63,349 nucleotides of DNA, filler included, from Reclinomonas americana ATCC 50394 (GCA_048213135.1; 18 parts of 18 records of this genome joined end to end with filler, not necessarily neighbours in it); one strand, 5' to 3'. Shown: positions 38,034 through 51,631, counted from the first letter of the whole stretch. Notes: generated by a model from the letters alone, not told the origin. Program-made: numbers and translations.

Positions 38034-39407
38034 TTCTCCTTGCCTTCCACCATCTCCACCTCCTCATGCACCGCCCTTTCCACAACTTCCATGGGCGCCA
38101 CCTTCAGTGCCTCCTCCTGCTCCGCAGCTGTCTGCACCGCCCTCGTCGCCCTCGTGTTCTTCTTCTCGGCATGTGCTCTTGCGAGTGCTGATACTTGTTC
38201 GGCAACAGCGCCCTCAAACGCAGCGGCCACGTCGGCAACGGTGATGCCGACGGCGCTCCGCGTGGCTGTGTCGTCGACTCGGTTGCACACGTCGACCAGC
38301 AAAGCCGTCGCGCTGTCGCCCGCTTTCTTCCGCCAGCACTTGATGGTGACAATGTGCTCACCCGCAGCAGCCATCCATTTCTCCAGCGCCCGGCCCACGC
38401 GCTCGAGACTGTCAGACTGAGACGGGTGGGACAGCGCAATCCTCGCCGACACCTGCGGACTGGCGGCTGGTTCGTGCGCATGCTCGGCCGGAGCAGCTGC
38501 CAGAGGAAGCATTGGCAGCTGCACTTCCAAATCCAATGCTGCCAGCGCCGGTGGTGCCTCTGGTGCTGGTGCCAGCGCTGCCTCTGGTGCGGCTTCTGCT
38601 TCTGGTAACGCCGGTGGTGCTGCTGCCAGTGCTGCCTCTGCAGGTGCTGGTGCAGGCACTGCAGGGTTGTTAGTCATGCTGCACCCTTGACCGAATTCGA
38701 AGCAATGAAGACACACCTGCTGCGGTCGCTTGCTCGCCCTTCTTCTCCTTCGGCTTCGCAGGGAAAATGGCGCACAGAATTGCCTTCCACTCCACCTCTG
38801 TATGATCACGAGAGAAAACGGTAAGCACATACCATTACAAGCAACAAATGCGAAGGACAAACTTGACTTGACGAAACTTGCTTTTTCCCACACGTCGCCC
38901 AGTTTGCGGGCCAGTGCCAGAAAAGAGACTTGCAGGTGCGTGGCTCTCGTTGCGAGATCCTGCAATGACCGAGGGTTCCACGGCACAGAGAACTCTATGG
39001 AACAGATGTGAGTGACAGGACATGTCCAGTACAGAAAACCACACACGCGCGCAAGAACAAAACTCGCACGCACCATTCTCCACCACGCACACCTCGCCCA
39101 TAATGTGAACTAGCTCGACAAAAGCCTGGCGTCCTCTATCAAAGGCCGCTGCGGCCTTGTTGATGCGCGCATCAGGCCGTCTTCCCGGCAACTGCGAGAG
39201 AAATTGGCGAACATTCGTGTCGACCGGCACGTAGCCGAATGCCATCGCCAAGAACACTGCGTTGTGGATGGCATTGACCAGCTTCTTGTCTATTGCTACA
39301 CACACGTCAGGTGAGTGTTATTGGAGACTGCGCGCGATCATGCGTGCATTCACTCGCGCACTCACCGCCCTCCGTGCCCTCGACCCCGAAGCCGCTCAGC
39401 ACCGCGA
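38034..39407 (-). CDS. Hypothetical multi-exon protein fragment with an Ala/Pro-rich linker
   Basis: Short phase-compatible GT-AG introns join TFAVLSGFGVEGTEG / AIDKKLVNAIHNAVFLAMAFGYVPVDTNVRQFL...AAAAFDRG / EFSVPWNPRS... / EVEWKAILCAIFP / VPAPAPAEAA... Confidence 0.5.
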
Positions 39408-39571
39408 ATGTCCCTGTTCATGGTGCGCGTGCAGTGGTTGTGATGAGCAACTGTCGACACACTTCTCTCTCNNNNNNNNNNNNNNNNNNNNNNNNNNNNN
39501 NNNNNNNNNNNNNNNTTAATTAATTAANNNNNNNNNNNNNNNNNNNNNNNNNNNNNNNNNNNNNNNNNNNN

Positions 39572-39927
39572 GCCTACGCGCCTGTAGGCGCTCACCTACG
39601 ACACCTGCGCACCTGCGAAATAATGTTGTCGTGTTCGGATTTTCGACCACACTACGTGGTCGAGGGAGGGTCGGCGAAGGTTTCTGCGCGAAAAACGACG
39701 GTGGGAGAGCGCGCCATCATGGAGAACAGAGTGCAACACGTACGCTAGGTGCACGCCTTAGGCGTCACCTGATTTCATCAGTTCTGACAGGGATCGAAGG
39801 CATGAGAGACCCAATCTTCCTGGGCGAGATCCTTTTTTTTCAGGGACTAAGATCCATTCTTTTTCGGTCCGGGTCACCGAGATCCATTCTTTTTTGTGAC
39901 CGATCTTTGGCCCCAGACCCACCCCTG
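39572..39927. mobile_element. Possible DNA transposon terminus (hAT-like CAGGG end)
   Basis: Ends in gacccacccctg (reverse complement CAGGGGTGGGTC) preceded by three or four gatcc(a)tt(c)tttt subterminal repeats; no partner terminus or transposase visible. Confidence 0.3.
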
Positions 39928-40021
39928 TGATGCAATGCGGGTTACCGTGTCCGTCGCGTAATTTCCCCTCGGTGTGCGTTGCGGTGACCCTGTTTTTTGA
40001 TCATCGTGTGTGGTGGGAGCA

Positions 40022-40700
40022 ATGAACGCTGGAGCACAGGTTGGTGCAGTGCAAGAGAGGCAGAGTGAGAGAGAGAGAAACGCGCGAGTGTGTGAGGAGG
40101 AAGTTGTGTGTGTGCGTGACATTTCGTTGTGCACACACACACACAAACTCACTTGCTCTTGTGCGTGTGTGTGTGTGTGTCTGTGCAGTGAGAGAGAGAG
40201 CGCGAGCAGAACGTGTGCGTGTGTGTGAGTGGAAAGAAGAATAGAAAAGAGTGTGTGACTCACTCTCTCACACTCTGACACACTCGCACTCGCACACAGA
40301 CACAGAGCAAGATAGAGAGAGAGAGGAGAGAGAGAGAGAGAGAAGAGTGTATCTTTGTGTGTTGAAAGGAGAGTGGAGAAGAGACGCGTATGTGACTTAC
40401 TTTCTCACTCTCTCATGCACCTCAGACACGTGCATGCAGAAAGAGGGATTGTGTGCATTGTGCTGATAGTAGCTCCTCAGACACGTGCATACACAGAGAG
40501 AGAAGAGTGCATTGACTCTTTGAGAGACGCACTTGTGACTCTCTCTCTCTCTCTCTCATGCGCGCACACAAACGCGGGAACACGTCAGGAAAATGAGAGA
40601 GAGAGAGAGAGAGGAGTGCATGTGTGTGCATGTTTCTGTGGGGTTGAAAGCAGAGCGGAATGAAGAGAAGAAAGAGTGAATGAGTGGGAGACGTGCTTAC

Positions 40701-40747
<47 letters not shown>

Positions 40748-42428
40748 GGCGGAGAGAAAGAGAAAGGGTGAGAGGAGTGTTTGTTTGGTTGCTGACAGAA
40801 GTGACCCATGTAACTCAATTTCATACTCGCACAATGAGAGAGAGATGCACACAAGCAGACTTGAGTTTGCGTTTCTCTCGCACACAGGAAGAGAAAGACA
40901 GATGCACGTGTCATACTTCCTCTATGCACTCTCGCATGGTGCATTGTGTGTGACATCTTCTCATTCTCTTTGTTTTTTTGTAGTACTGGCGTGCGGCAGG
41001 CATGACCTATTTGCGCTATGCAAACCTGTGTGCGCACCACGTGCGACAAGTGCTCAAGGAGCCGCTGAAGACCGAGTCGCAGGCGCGTGGCACGCTGCTG
41101 GCGACGGTGCAGCGCTTTGAGGGTGGTACTGGTGGAAAGAAGGGTGAGTGTGTGGAGAAGGGAGAGGGAAGGGAAGGTTGTCACTGGAGGATTGTGTGTT
41201 TGAGAGAGGGCGATGAGCGACCCGTCGAATTTATTGTGACACACGCATCCACAAGGGGTCCTTTGACCCCTTGACCCTTGACGTGCCTTCTGAGGCAATA
41301 GTGTTGCTCTTCTTCTTGTACGTTATTCATATTGTTTCCATTCCTCGCGTGCGCACACAGAGAGAGTGGATCCGCAAGGGGTCCTGTGACCCCTTGACCC
41401 TTGACGTGCCTTCTGAAATAGTGTTACACCTCTTCTTGTACGTTATTCATATTGTTTCCATTCCTCGCGTGCACACACGGGGGTGTCTTCTCTGCAGGCT
41501 GTGATGCACCTCTGCCTGCGTGATTCTTTCTTTTTCACTCTTTCCCCATTGGGTCGCACACAGACAGTGTGGGGTCCTGATGTCTATTCTCACGGGACTA
41601 TATTGTAACTCTACCTGTGCGGAATTCTTCTTCTTCACTTTCTCCCCATTCCTCGAGTGATGTGCGTGAGAGAGAGCTCTTTTAAGTCTTTTCTTTGCCA
41701 TCCCGCGTCTCTGTCCAAGTGATTGTGAGTGTTTGAGAACAATATTGAGCTGCAGACCGCTTCCTGCCTGTCAGCCGTCTTCTCTCACTCTTACTCTGCT
41801 GAATGTGGCTTTATGCACTCACTCATCGGCAACATGGACAGAGTGCGAGAGTTTCAAGTCTTTGCTTCCCCTCACTTCTCATCCCATGCTCAATCATCTT
41901 CTTTCTCACTCCTGCCGCGCGTCTCGATTACATGTGAGGGAGAGAGAGTGAATAGTCTTGCAGCTTGTTTTCCACTTTTTCATATCGCGGTACAAGAGAC
42001 TGTGTGTGTGGAGGGAGGTTATGTGTGAGTTGTAGAGATTTCGTGCCCTCTTGACAGTTCGTCCTGTCTCCGATTGTCAACCATTTTCCTTCCCGCTCTT
42101 CTTTCCATTCTCCTCACTTGGGATATTCTCTGCTGGTTGCACGTATTTCTCTCGCCTTTCATCCTGTCCTGCTTATCTTTATCGCTTGCCACTTCCTGTT
42201 TCCACTCCTTCTCTCCGGTACCGCTAATTCCATCCTCATCACCGCGTTCTCATCTTCCCGTGCCTCCCGATAATATTTCCTTGTATCCTCCCTCTTTCCC
42301 CTTCCCTCCCTCTTATCCTCTCGCTTGGCCCCTCATTCCTTCCATGTTCTCACCCCTCTCCCTTCCCCCTTCTCGCAGTGTCACTCGACGGCCCTGTCGG
42401 CACCGAGGCATTCAAGCCGCGCCCTTGA
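40022..42428 (+). CDS. ATP5F1E: Mitochondrial F1 ATP synthase epsilon subunit; exons 40022-40039, 40984-41143, 42379-42428
   Basis: [33 protein letters not shown] is the ATP15/epsilon signature. Confidence 0.9.
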
Positions 42429-42594
42429 ACATGACCCCATCGTCATGTTCACTGTGTGTGTTGATGCCGCCAAATCCACTTTTTGAGTGCCGGCAGACCT
42501 GCTTTGTTTCTCTAGACTCTTGGAGAAATGAACGCCAGCATCTCAAAAACCCACCCGATAAATTTCATTTCACTCTTCCCCCTTTACCTCGCCC

Positions 42595-45500
42595 TCAAAA
42601 AGCAAACAAGTCAGCGGCCAACTGCTGATTCTCCTTCTTGTGTGCCGCCGAGTAACCGACAGCGCTGGTCGGGCACGGCGGGCGACCGACGTACTTGAGC
42701 GTGGCGCCGCGCGGCAGCAACGCGCGCAGCTTTGGTTCTACGTAGGCGTAGGCACCCAGGTTCTCCGGCTCCTCCTGCAGCCACACGTACTCGTCGCAGG
42801 CCTGGAAGGCGGCCGAGTCGAACAGCGAGCGCAGCGCGTCGTAGGGGAACGGGCACAGCTCCTCCAGGCGCACCAGCGTCAGCTCCGAGCTGCTCATGCT
42901 GCGCTTCTCGCGCTCCGCCGCCATGTCGTAGTAGACCTTGCCGGAGCAGAAGGCGATGCGGCGCGGCACGGTCGACGGCTCCTCACTCAGCACCGGCTGG
43001 AACGAGGTGCCCTCGGTCATCTCGTTCAGCGACGAGACGGCGGCATTGAGGCGGAGGATGGTCTTGGGGCCCTGCGGTGGACAAAGGAAGGGGTGGTGAG
43101 GAATAGGGAAAGAGAGGCAAGGAAAGTATTAGCAACGCAACAATCACGATCAGCGGCTTGCGGAAATCGCGCTTGATCTGGCGACGCAGCACGTGGAAGT
43201 AGTTGGCGGGCGTCGTCGGGTTCACCACGTGCATGTTGAACTGGGTGTCGCGGCCGGAGGCGGGTGGCGACTGGCGCACGTCGCACATTTGCAGGAAGCG
43301 CTCGAGACGAGCAGAGGAGTGCTCGGGGCCGGCGCCGTCGTAGCCGTGCGGGAGCAGGAGGACGAGGCCGGATTGGCGGAGCCACTTGGCTGCAAGCGGG
43401 GGAAGAGGAAATGGAGGGGAGAGTGGATTGAGTATAACAACAACGATCTTCAAGCCAACCACCGTCGTCGCCGCTTTTCATAACGCTTCTCTTCAAGCGC
43501 TGCCTCGTGTGTTATCTTCTGACCGCTCCTGCTTCGCCCCATACTTTCGGTTCTGTAGCTGTCCACCGTCGAGTTTCTCGGCGCTCTTCACGTTGCTATC
43601 TTCTCTCTTTCCTGGCTTCTCATCCTCCTGTTCTCTCACGGCTTCTGTTGTCTCCGCGCTTCACCCTCAACTACACGTCTCTGCTGCATCTCTCGCCGCA
43701 GCTTTAACTAAATGCTTGTCGCTGTTCCTGCAGCTTTCTCTTCTTCGCCTCTCATCCACTTCGCGTTGTGCTTCAACAACACTTCCTTCCGCCTGCATCT
43801 CTTACCGCACCTTCATTCCTTCAACAGCGCCTGTCTTCTGTTGCTTGTGAACATAATCTCTCGCTGATTTGCTGCTTGCTTCGTATATGCAACCTCTTCT
43901 CTCCCTTGTTTTCCTCGGTGCTCCTCCTTTTGTCTCACCCAGTTCCCCATTCTCACCATCTGTCCTCTCTGCTTCGTGAGTGAAAGAGTGAGTGAGAGAG
44001 AGAGAGAGAGAGTTAGAGAAAGCGAGAGAATCTGCGCATATACACAATTGCTCTTGTCTTCAAACATTCTCTCTCTCGTGCACTCACTCTATCTCTCTCA
44101 CACATGCGCACAGTCACACGTAAACACACACTGTTCCGTCTCGTCATTCTCTTCTCTCTCCTTGCAACCCCCATCCCTTTCCCCTTATTCCTTCTCCTTG
44201 CAGCGACTCACCCTCGGTCGACGTAATAAACTGATCAATGATAATCTGCGCGCCATTGTTGAAGTCGCCAAACTGCGCCTCCCACAACACCAGTGCGTTT
44301 GGGCTCTCAATCGAGTACCCGTGCTCGAATCCCATCACCGCGAACTCGCTGAGGTTGGAGTTGAGGACGGTGAAACGACCCTGCTTGCCCGGCTCCACGT
44401 GCTGCAGCGGGAAGTACACCTGCTGCGTCTGCTGCTCCACAAAACCGGCGTGGCGCTGCGAGAAGGTGCCGCGGATGCAATCCTGGCCACTCAGACGCAC
44501 GTCGTAACCTGCATCGACGCGGGATGAGAGAGAGAGACACACACAAATGAGAGAAGCAAAGGAGATCAACACACAGCGAGCGACGCACCCTCCACCACCA
44601 GCGACCCGAATGCCATGGCCTCCGCCGTGGCCCAGTCGAGGCACGCCTGCGACGGGTTGGCGGCGGCCTGCTCCACTTTCTGCTGGCGCGGCGTAATGTG
44701 GCTGCGCTTCAGGCGAGCGTGCACCGACTGTGAAAGACGAGTGAGGTGACGATGACATGAAGGAGAAGGGGAGGAGGGCACGCACCAGGCTGTCGGGCAC
44801 CGCCACGCTGGCAAGCGCGACGCGAGTCAGCAGAGAGGCAGGGGCGCCCGTGGTCGTCGGCGACGTGTTCTCGGGGGACGCGGGGTCCTCCGGTTGGCGC
44901 ATGGAGCTCCACTTGCCGCCAAAGGCCTGGTAAGGGGCCGGGGCTGACGGGGGGGAAAGAGGGGGAAGGAGGTGAGCACATGAAGGAGAAGGGTGGACAA
45001 AGGGAGAGAAGTGCACGAAGGAAGGAGATAGAGGGAGAGAAGGAGGTGGACGAGGGAGAGAAGAAGAAGAAGAAGGAGGAGGACGAGGGGGAGAAGAAGA
45101 AGAAGAAGAAGCAGAAATAGAAGACGAAGACGAAGAGTGAGAAAGAGAGAGAGAGAGAGAGAAGAAACAACAGGGTCAGTGACCAATCAACCTGGGCGCA
45201 GAAAGCGACAACGAGACGATAACTTGAAACAAGACAGCGGGTGCGCGAAGAAATCCCTTAAAACGATGTACACGAAACGAAACATCAAGCATACACCTAT
45301 GAGAATTGAGAGAAAGGAAAGTGCAGAAATGACATGCAAGACAGAGAGACGATGAACTGACATTGAGGCGAGAGAGAGAGAGAGAGAGAGGGAGAGAGGC
45401 CACCACATCAGCAGACTCTCAAATAAGTTGGACGTGAAGGGAGCAAATGGAAAAATGAACGAAGTCTAAGAGCCGCGATAAGTCAGAAAGAAAAGGGTAA

Positions 45501-47455
45501 AAACGCACGAGAACATAACAAGATATCTGGACTGCGAAAGAATAGTCAGCACAGCAAGAGAGGCATCTACAAATCAACTGAGACACCCATCCCCTTCTCT
45601 CTTCTCCCCTTCCCCATTCCCCTTCCCTATTTCCTTCCCCTCCCTGTACCATTCTTCTCCGACGCGGCAAACTCGCTCTCCAACTCCGCATTGACCTCCT
45701 TCAGCCAGTTGGCGACCTCCTCCTGCGTCACCACACCCTCCTTGACCAACTTCTCGGCGTACAGCGTCACCACCGACGGGCGCTTCTCGATCAGGCTGTA
45801 CATTTGCGGCTGCGTGAAGCGCGGCTCGTCGACCTCGTTGTGTCCGTAGCGGCGGTAACCGACGGCCTCGATCACCACGTCGGAGCCGAAGCGGTTGCGG
45901 TAGCGCGTCGCCAGCTCGGCCACACGCATCACCGCATCGACGCTCTCGGCGTTGACGTGGAAGAGAGGGACGCCCAGCTATTAACAGGCAAAGGGGATGA
46001 AAGGGGATGTCAGAATGAGGCGAGCGAGAGAATAGAATTCATCGCTAGTTCACTCCTCAAGTTCTTCTCACCAACATTCCACTGAACGTCGCTCATCGTC
46101 GGGTATTGTCTCTCAGCTCCATGACCAGCTCTTGATGTCCCTAATTTGTCTATATCTCAGGTTCTCGCTGCCGTGTCCCATCTCCCTTTGCCCTGTCTTT
46201 CTCCTAACTTCATCTCACCTCTCTCTCCAGGCCCTTTTCTCTACCTGTGCTTCTCTTGTCTTCCATGAACTTCATGATTCTCATTCACTCCTCTGTCTCC
46301 TCTTGTGTCCCTCTCTCTTTGCATCCCGTCTCTCACTCTTATTCCCTACTTTCATCTCACCATCTCCTTCCGCCAACATTGCAGTCTGTCAATTAATTCA
46401 TACCGTCAAGATTTCCATCTCTTGACCTCCTCCATTGTTATGTATTTCCAACTCTGACATCCACAACACGTCTCTGTGTTCTCGTCGCTTACCCTGTTCA
46501 GTTTTTTTGTTCTTCTTTCTCTCTGTATCTCACTCACTCTTCCGTCTACTTTTCTGATCGTCAGTCACCCTCTCCCGTCCTCTCCCTCTCTCCTTATCTC
46601 CTCCGCCCTTTCTCCTTCCACTCCCTCTCCCTTCCCTATCCTCTCCCTCTCTCCATATCTCTCCCCCCCCCCTTCTCCTTCCACCCCATCCAATCTTCCT
46701 CTCTTCCTTCCCCCCTTTGCCTTTCGCTTTGACTCACCATCTTGGCCACATCGCCCGAGTGACGCGTGGAGCGAGCCTGCGACGGATTGGTGGTGAAACC
46801 GAGCTGGTTGTTGACAATGTAGTGCACGGTGCCGCCGACGGTGAAATCCGCCAGCGCCGCCAGTCCGAGCGACTCAGCGACCACACCCTGACCCGCAAAC
46901 GCGGCATCGCCGTGCAGCAGCAGGCAGGCGGCCTTGCTGCCGGCGTCGCGCTTGTGGCGCACCTTGCCCATGGCGACGGGGTTGGCGGCCTCCAGATGCG
47001 ACGGGTTGTGGATCATCGACACGTTCAGCGTCGGCTTGCTGCCGAGGGGCGTCACGGGTCCGCTGTGCGCCAAGTGCGAAAGCACGTCACCAATGCCGTA
47101 GGTGGCCACAAACTCGGGCTTGCCGTCGATCTTGTTGAAGAGATTGCGCGCGGGCATGCCCAGGAGCTCCACCAGGAGGTTCAGGCGGCCGCTAGACGAG
47201 GGGGGAAGGAGGGGTGAGTGCGGAGGAGGTGAGAGAGAGGTCGAGGGTGACCTCACCGATGCGGCATGCCAATGACCACCTCCTGCGTGCCGTCGGTGGC
47301 CAGCTCGCCCAGGACGCGCTCAATGGCCGGGACCATGGTGTCCACGCCCTCCATCGAGTAGCTGGGGGAGTGAGGCAAAGGGTATGAGGGGAGGGGAAGA
47401 GCGGAAGAGCGGAAGGAGCTCACTCGCGACTCGCCAGAGTCTCACTCTGGTGAAG

Positions 47456-47509
<54 letters not shown>

Positions 47510-49252
47510 GAACGAACGAACGACGAGGTAGAGACGAACAANNNNNNNNNNNNNNNNNNNNNNNNNNNNNNNNNNNNNNNNNNNNTTAATTAATTAANNN
47601 NNNNNNNNNNNNNNNNNNNNNNNNNNNNNNNNNNNNNNNNNGCCACTTTTGCTTTCAATACTCACCCAACTGCCGAGTGCTTAGCTTCTTACTTCAGCGG
47701 AATGCAAGACAGTGAGAGTGAGCGAAAAGCGAGATTTGACAAGGAATAACGCTGGAAGTGCACCCATTCAAGCATTCTCGCGGAAAGTGCCAGAACAAGA
47801 GAATGCAACGGAGAGAAGATAAGACGACGAACGCGTGAAGTATGCGCGAATGCCAGCTTTCGATTGCTTTGCTTCTTACTCTGTCAAGCAGCTTCGCAGA
47901 AACTGCAATAAAGAGTGAAAACATAAGGAGACAGAGAAGAGAAGACGAGAAGGTGATCACGCGTGTTGCCCGCACTCAACTGCCGCCTCTTCAGAGAGAG
48001 AGAGAGAGATACGTGCGAAAGCAACACCGCGAAGAGAAGGCGAGTGTCATACAAACAAGCGCACTTAGTTCATCCCAAGGCCCCTCCTCAATCGCTTGTC
48101 TCTCCTCTCCCTTCCCCTTTCCCTTCCCCCTCTTCCCACTCACCGCTTGGTGCTTCCACGCTTCTTGGCCAGCACCAAATCCACGGCCTCCGCACGCACC
48201 ATACGACGCAGCGTCTTGCGCTTATCCTCCACGCTCAGCGGCTGCTCGGCAAACACCGGCTGCGACTCACTCGCCTCCCACTGCGACAGCAGCCACGCGC
48301 GCGCCCGCTCGTCCTGCATGTGCGACGTCTGCACCGACGCCGTCCCGCAGTACGCACGAGCCAGGCGCTGAGTAAACGCCGACGGGACGCCGGAAGGAAG
48401 CATGGCCTCCAGGTTGCTCAGACTGGAATGGTGGATGATGAAATGGAAATGAATGAACATGGGAATCATGGAATGTGGGAATGTTGGAGGGAGAGAGGGA
48501 GGGAGGAGAGGGAGGGAGAGGGAGGGAGAGGAGAGAGGCGGAGGGAGAGGGAGGGAGACGAATATGAGAGGGAAAGAGTGCATGAGTGTGTGATGAGTGT
48601 GTGAGAGAGTGTTCGAGTGTGAGAGAGAGTGAGTGAGAGAGAGAGAGAGAGTGAGTGTGACGAGGAAGAGTTGTGTGTGTGTGTGATTGTGAGTGAATGC
48701 ATGACTGATATGCACTTGAAACTGCCTCGTGTTTGACAATGCGAGAGACGGTGCATCAGTGTGAATGCATGCGTGTGCATCTCACTGCATCAGTGTGTGC
48801 GTCTGTGTGGAAGAGTGGGTGCGCGTGAGTGCTTGCAAGTGAAATGTCGCACTGTGTCTCACTCTTGCTCTTTGTCTCTGTGCGTGTGCAAGAGAGAGAG
48901 TGTGTGTGTGAGTGTGTGTGAGTGTGTGTGAGTGTGTGTAAGTGAGTGAGTGATTGAGCGAATGAGTGAGAGAGTGCGTGTGAGTGACGGTGAGTGTGTG
49001 AGAGAGAGGGAGAGTGAGTGAGTGAGTGAGTGAGTGAGTGTGTGTGTATGTGCCTCACCTCGGGGGCGACGCATCCAACGGGTTTAGGTGCGCATAGGCG
49101 TGCCCGTGCGTGCGGAAGATCTCCAGTGCGCGCTGGTGAGCGGCTGAGGCAGCAAGAGGAAGCGAAGTGGAGGAAGAGAAGAAGCGCGCGGCAGAGGGGG
49201 CGCTGCTGCGCGACGACGATGGGTGCAGCAGGCGCAGTGCGCGCAACAGCAT
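42595..49252 (-). CDS. DHTKD1: 2-oxoadipate/2-oxoglutarate dehydrogenase E1, DHTKD1-like, about 10 exons, spans a gap
   Basis: Mitochondrial presequence MLLRALRLL...; [57 protein letters not shown]. The YDGAG variant and short N-terminus favour DHTKD1 over OGDH. Confidence 0.82.
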
Positions 49253-51395
49253 GGTTGCGAAGTGAGGTGAGTGTCCTGCATGCAACGTCGAGGTCTTGTT
49301 GCATGAATTCGCGCCCTTGCTGGCGTTGGCTACGGTGTACACGAAAAGGCGTTGTAGTTTTCTCAATGGGTAAGCAGGCGTATTCCTTGCACCTGCAATT
49401 ATCGATTCCGCAATCGATCGATCGCGATCGATCGCGATCGCGTTATCGCAAACTCTATAGCTCGAGGTGGCAGCTGTTTTGCTAATCCTAAGAGCACCGT
49501 GGCGGCATGACACTCATCGTCTTTGGAGTGGAACTAAAAGGAAAATCTCGAAGAAACAGAGAATTCGCGATCCACACCGTCGTACGCGTGTGCAAGCATG
49601 CATTCGAATTCATTGTAGTCTACAACATGTTAACAAATTCACTCACCAACAAACAAGCAACAGCTGTCTTTATGACCAAGTTCAACCGTATCCAAAACAT
49701 CAATTGCAACATAGACACGAATCTTGACGCAGCAGCAGGTTCCTTGTGTGTGTCGTCTCGACGAGGATCAGCTGTTCTGGCTTACCCTGCACCCTCCGAA
49801 GCACATGTCTGCAAACATTTCGCTTCCCGTTGGGCACCCACGTCCGCCTCGCAGCGAGCCAGCGTCGCTCAAACAAATCGTGTGCCAATGGTCATCGTCG
49901 GCAAGGGATTTGTGGACATTTGTCGCGGAATGTGGTGAATGAAGGGTTTTCCACTAGTGAACGACCAGTCACCAATAAGACGGGGCATCTTTCATTTGCT
50001 TGTGTCCTCCCCGTGAGAAGAGGACATACACTGGCTAATAGATGACCATGGTGGGTCGTAGCACCAGTCATTTGCCTGAGACAAGAAGCGAAAAAACAGC
50101 GATACACGATTAGAACGAGGCAAAGAGACTCGGAACTAAAATGCAAAGCAGAGGCGACAACGCAAGCTGAACAGAAGCAACAGGAGAAGAGCGTAACTGC
50201 AGTGGCATTGGACGACAACGATCCAGTCGTCGATGCCGAAGGCGAAGTGGAAGACGATGAAGAAGATGCGTCGCCATCGTCGACTTCACCATCGACCTCA
50301 TCGTCGAGCGGAGTCTGCGCAACAGAGAGAGATCAGTGGAAGAGAGGGGAAGGAGGCAAGGGGAGCATCGGGCGCCTATGGACTTGTGTGTGCATCGCTC
50401 TCTGTCTCTCTCAGAGGAGAGATGAGACGTCTCTGAGGGTGCAATGAGAAAGTGACAGAGAGAGAGAGAGAGAGAATGAGCCTCAACCTGTCTCTCTCTC
50501 TCACACAGCTCACACTTCCTCAGTAACCTCATCTCTCGACGAATGTGTGTGTAAGTGCATCGCTCTCTGTCTATCTCACAAGAGAGAGGACTCTCTCAGA
50601 GGAGAGACGAGTGCAGTGAGAACGAGAGGACGCAGAGAAGACTGCGGAGAAGGTGCAATCAGAGTGAGAAAGAGTGAGGGAGAGCTCACAGCTCACACTT
50701 CCTCAGTAACCTCTCGCTCTCTCATCTCTCAAAGAATGTGTGTGTATGTGCATCGCACTCTGTCTCTCTCAGAGGAGAGATGAGACGTCTCTGAGGAATG
50801 TGACACACACAGAGAGAGAGAGAGAACGAGCCTCAACCTGCCTCTCTCACACAGCTCACACTTCCTCAGTTATCTCTCTCAATGCATGCGACACAATCAC
50901 ACACACACATGCTCACTCACTCTCTCTCTCTTCTCTGTCAGTCTCTCACTCAATGCATGCGTCTCTCTCTCTCTCTCTCACTCACACACACACTTCCCTC
51001 TTTCGCTCTCTCTCTCTCTTCTTTCCCTTTCTCTCTCTTCTCTCTCACACACACTCACCACTCTCTGCACAGCAGCTCTCGACGAGGCAAACAACCTCGC
51101 ACTCGTCGACACTGAGAGGAACACTCGTCGAGTGAGAAGTGCAAGAACCATTGCTCTCTCACTCTCTCACTCTCTCTTTTATTTGTAAACAATGAGTGTC
51201 CTCTTGTTTCATGCTCGACGTTCACCTTCTCCTTGTCAACAAAGAGAGGCGTGAGTGCCGAATGCAGCAAGGCGCCTATGGCAACAAGGAGGAAANNNNN
51301 NNNNNNNNNNNNNNNNNNNNNNNNNNNNNNNNNNNNNNNTTAATTAATTAANNNNNNNNNNNNNNNNNNNNNNNNNNNNNNNNNNNNNNNNNNNN

Positions 51396-51603
51396 CCGGC
51401 GGCCATCTGCGAATCAACTGCGCGCGGGCGACGGAGCCACGATCGGTGGAATCGCCTTCCGTGCCGCGCGCGAGCCGCTCGGCCAGGCGCTATTGGCGGC
51501 GCGCGGCGAAAGCGTGCATCTCGCCGGCACGCTAACCTTGAATCGCTGGGGCGGCAGCGAGCGGGCCGAGCTGCGCGTGGTCGATCTCGCGCGGCCGCTG
51601 TGA
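51396..51603 (+). CDS. recJ: Single-stranded DNA exonuclease RecJ, C-terminal fragment (bacterial)
   Basis: GHLR...GDGATIGGIAFRAAREPLGQALLAARGESVHLAGTLTLNRWGG matches the alphaproteobacterial RecJ OB-fold end; one apparent 1-bp sequencing frameshift. Confidence 0.75.
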
Positions 51604-51631
51604 GCGAATGCGAAAAACCGCGAGGGCGGGC

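Noticed and set aside
49508..51140. Coding-like acidic stretch (50080-50320) and possible flanking exons
   Set aside because: Splice phases could not be reconciled; may be a real gene but is unsupported.
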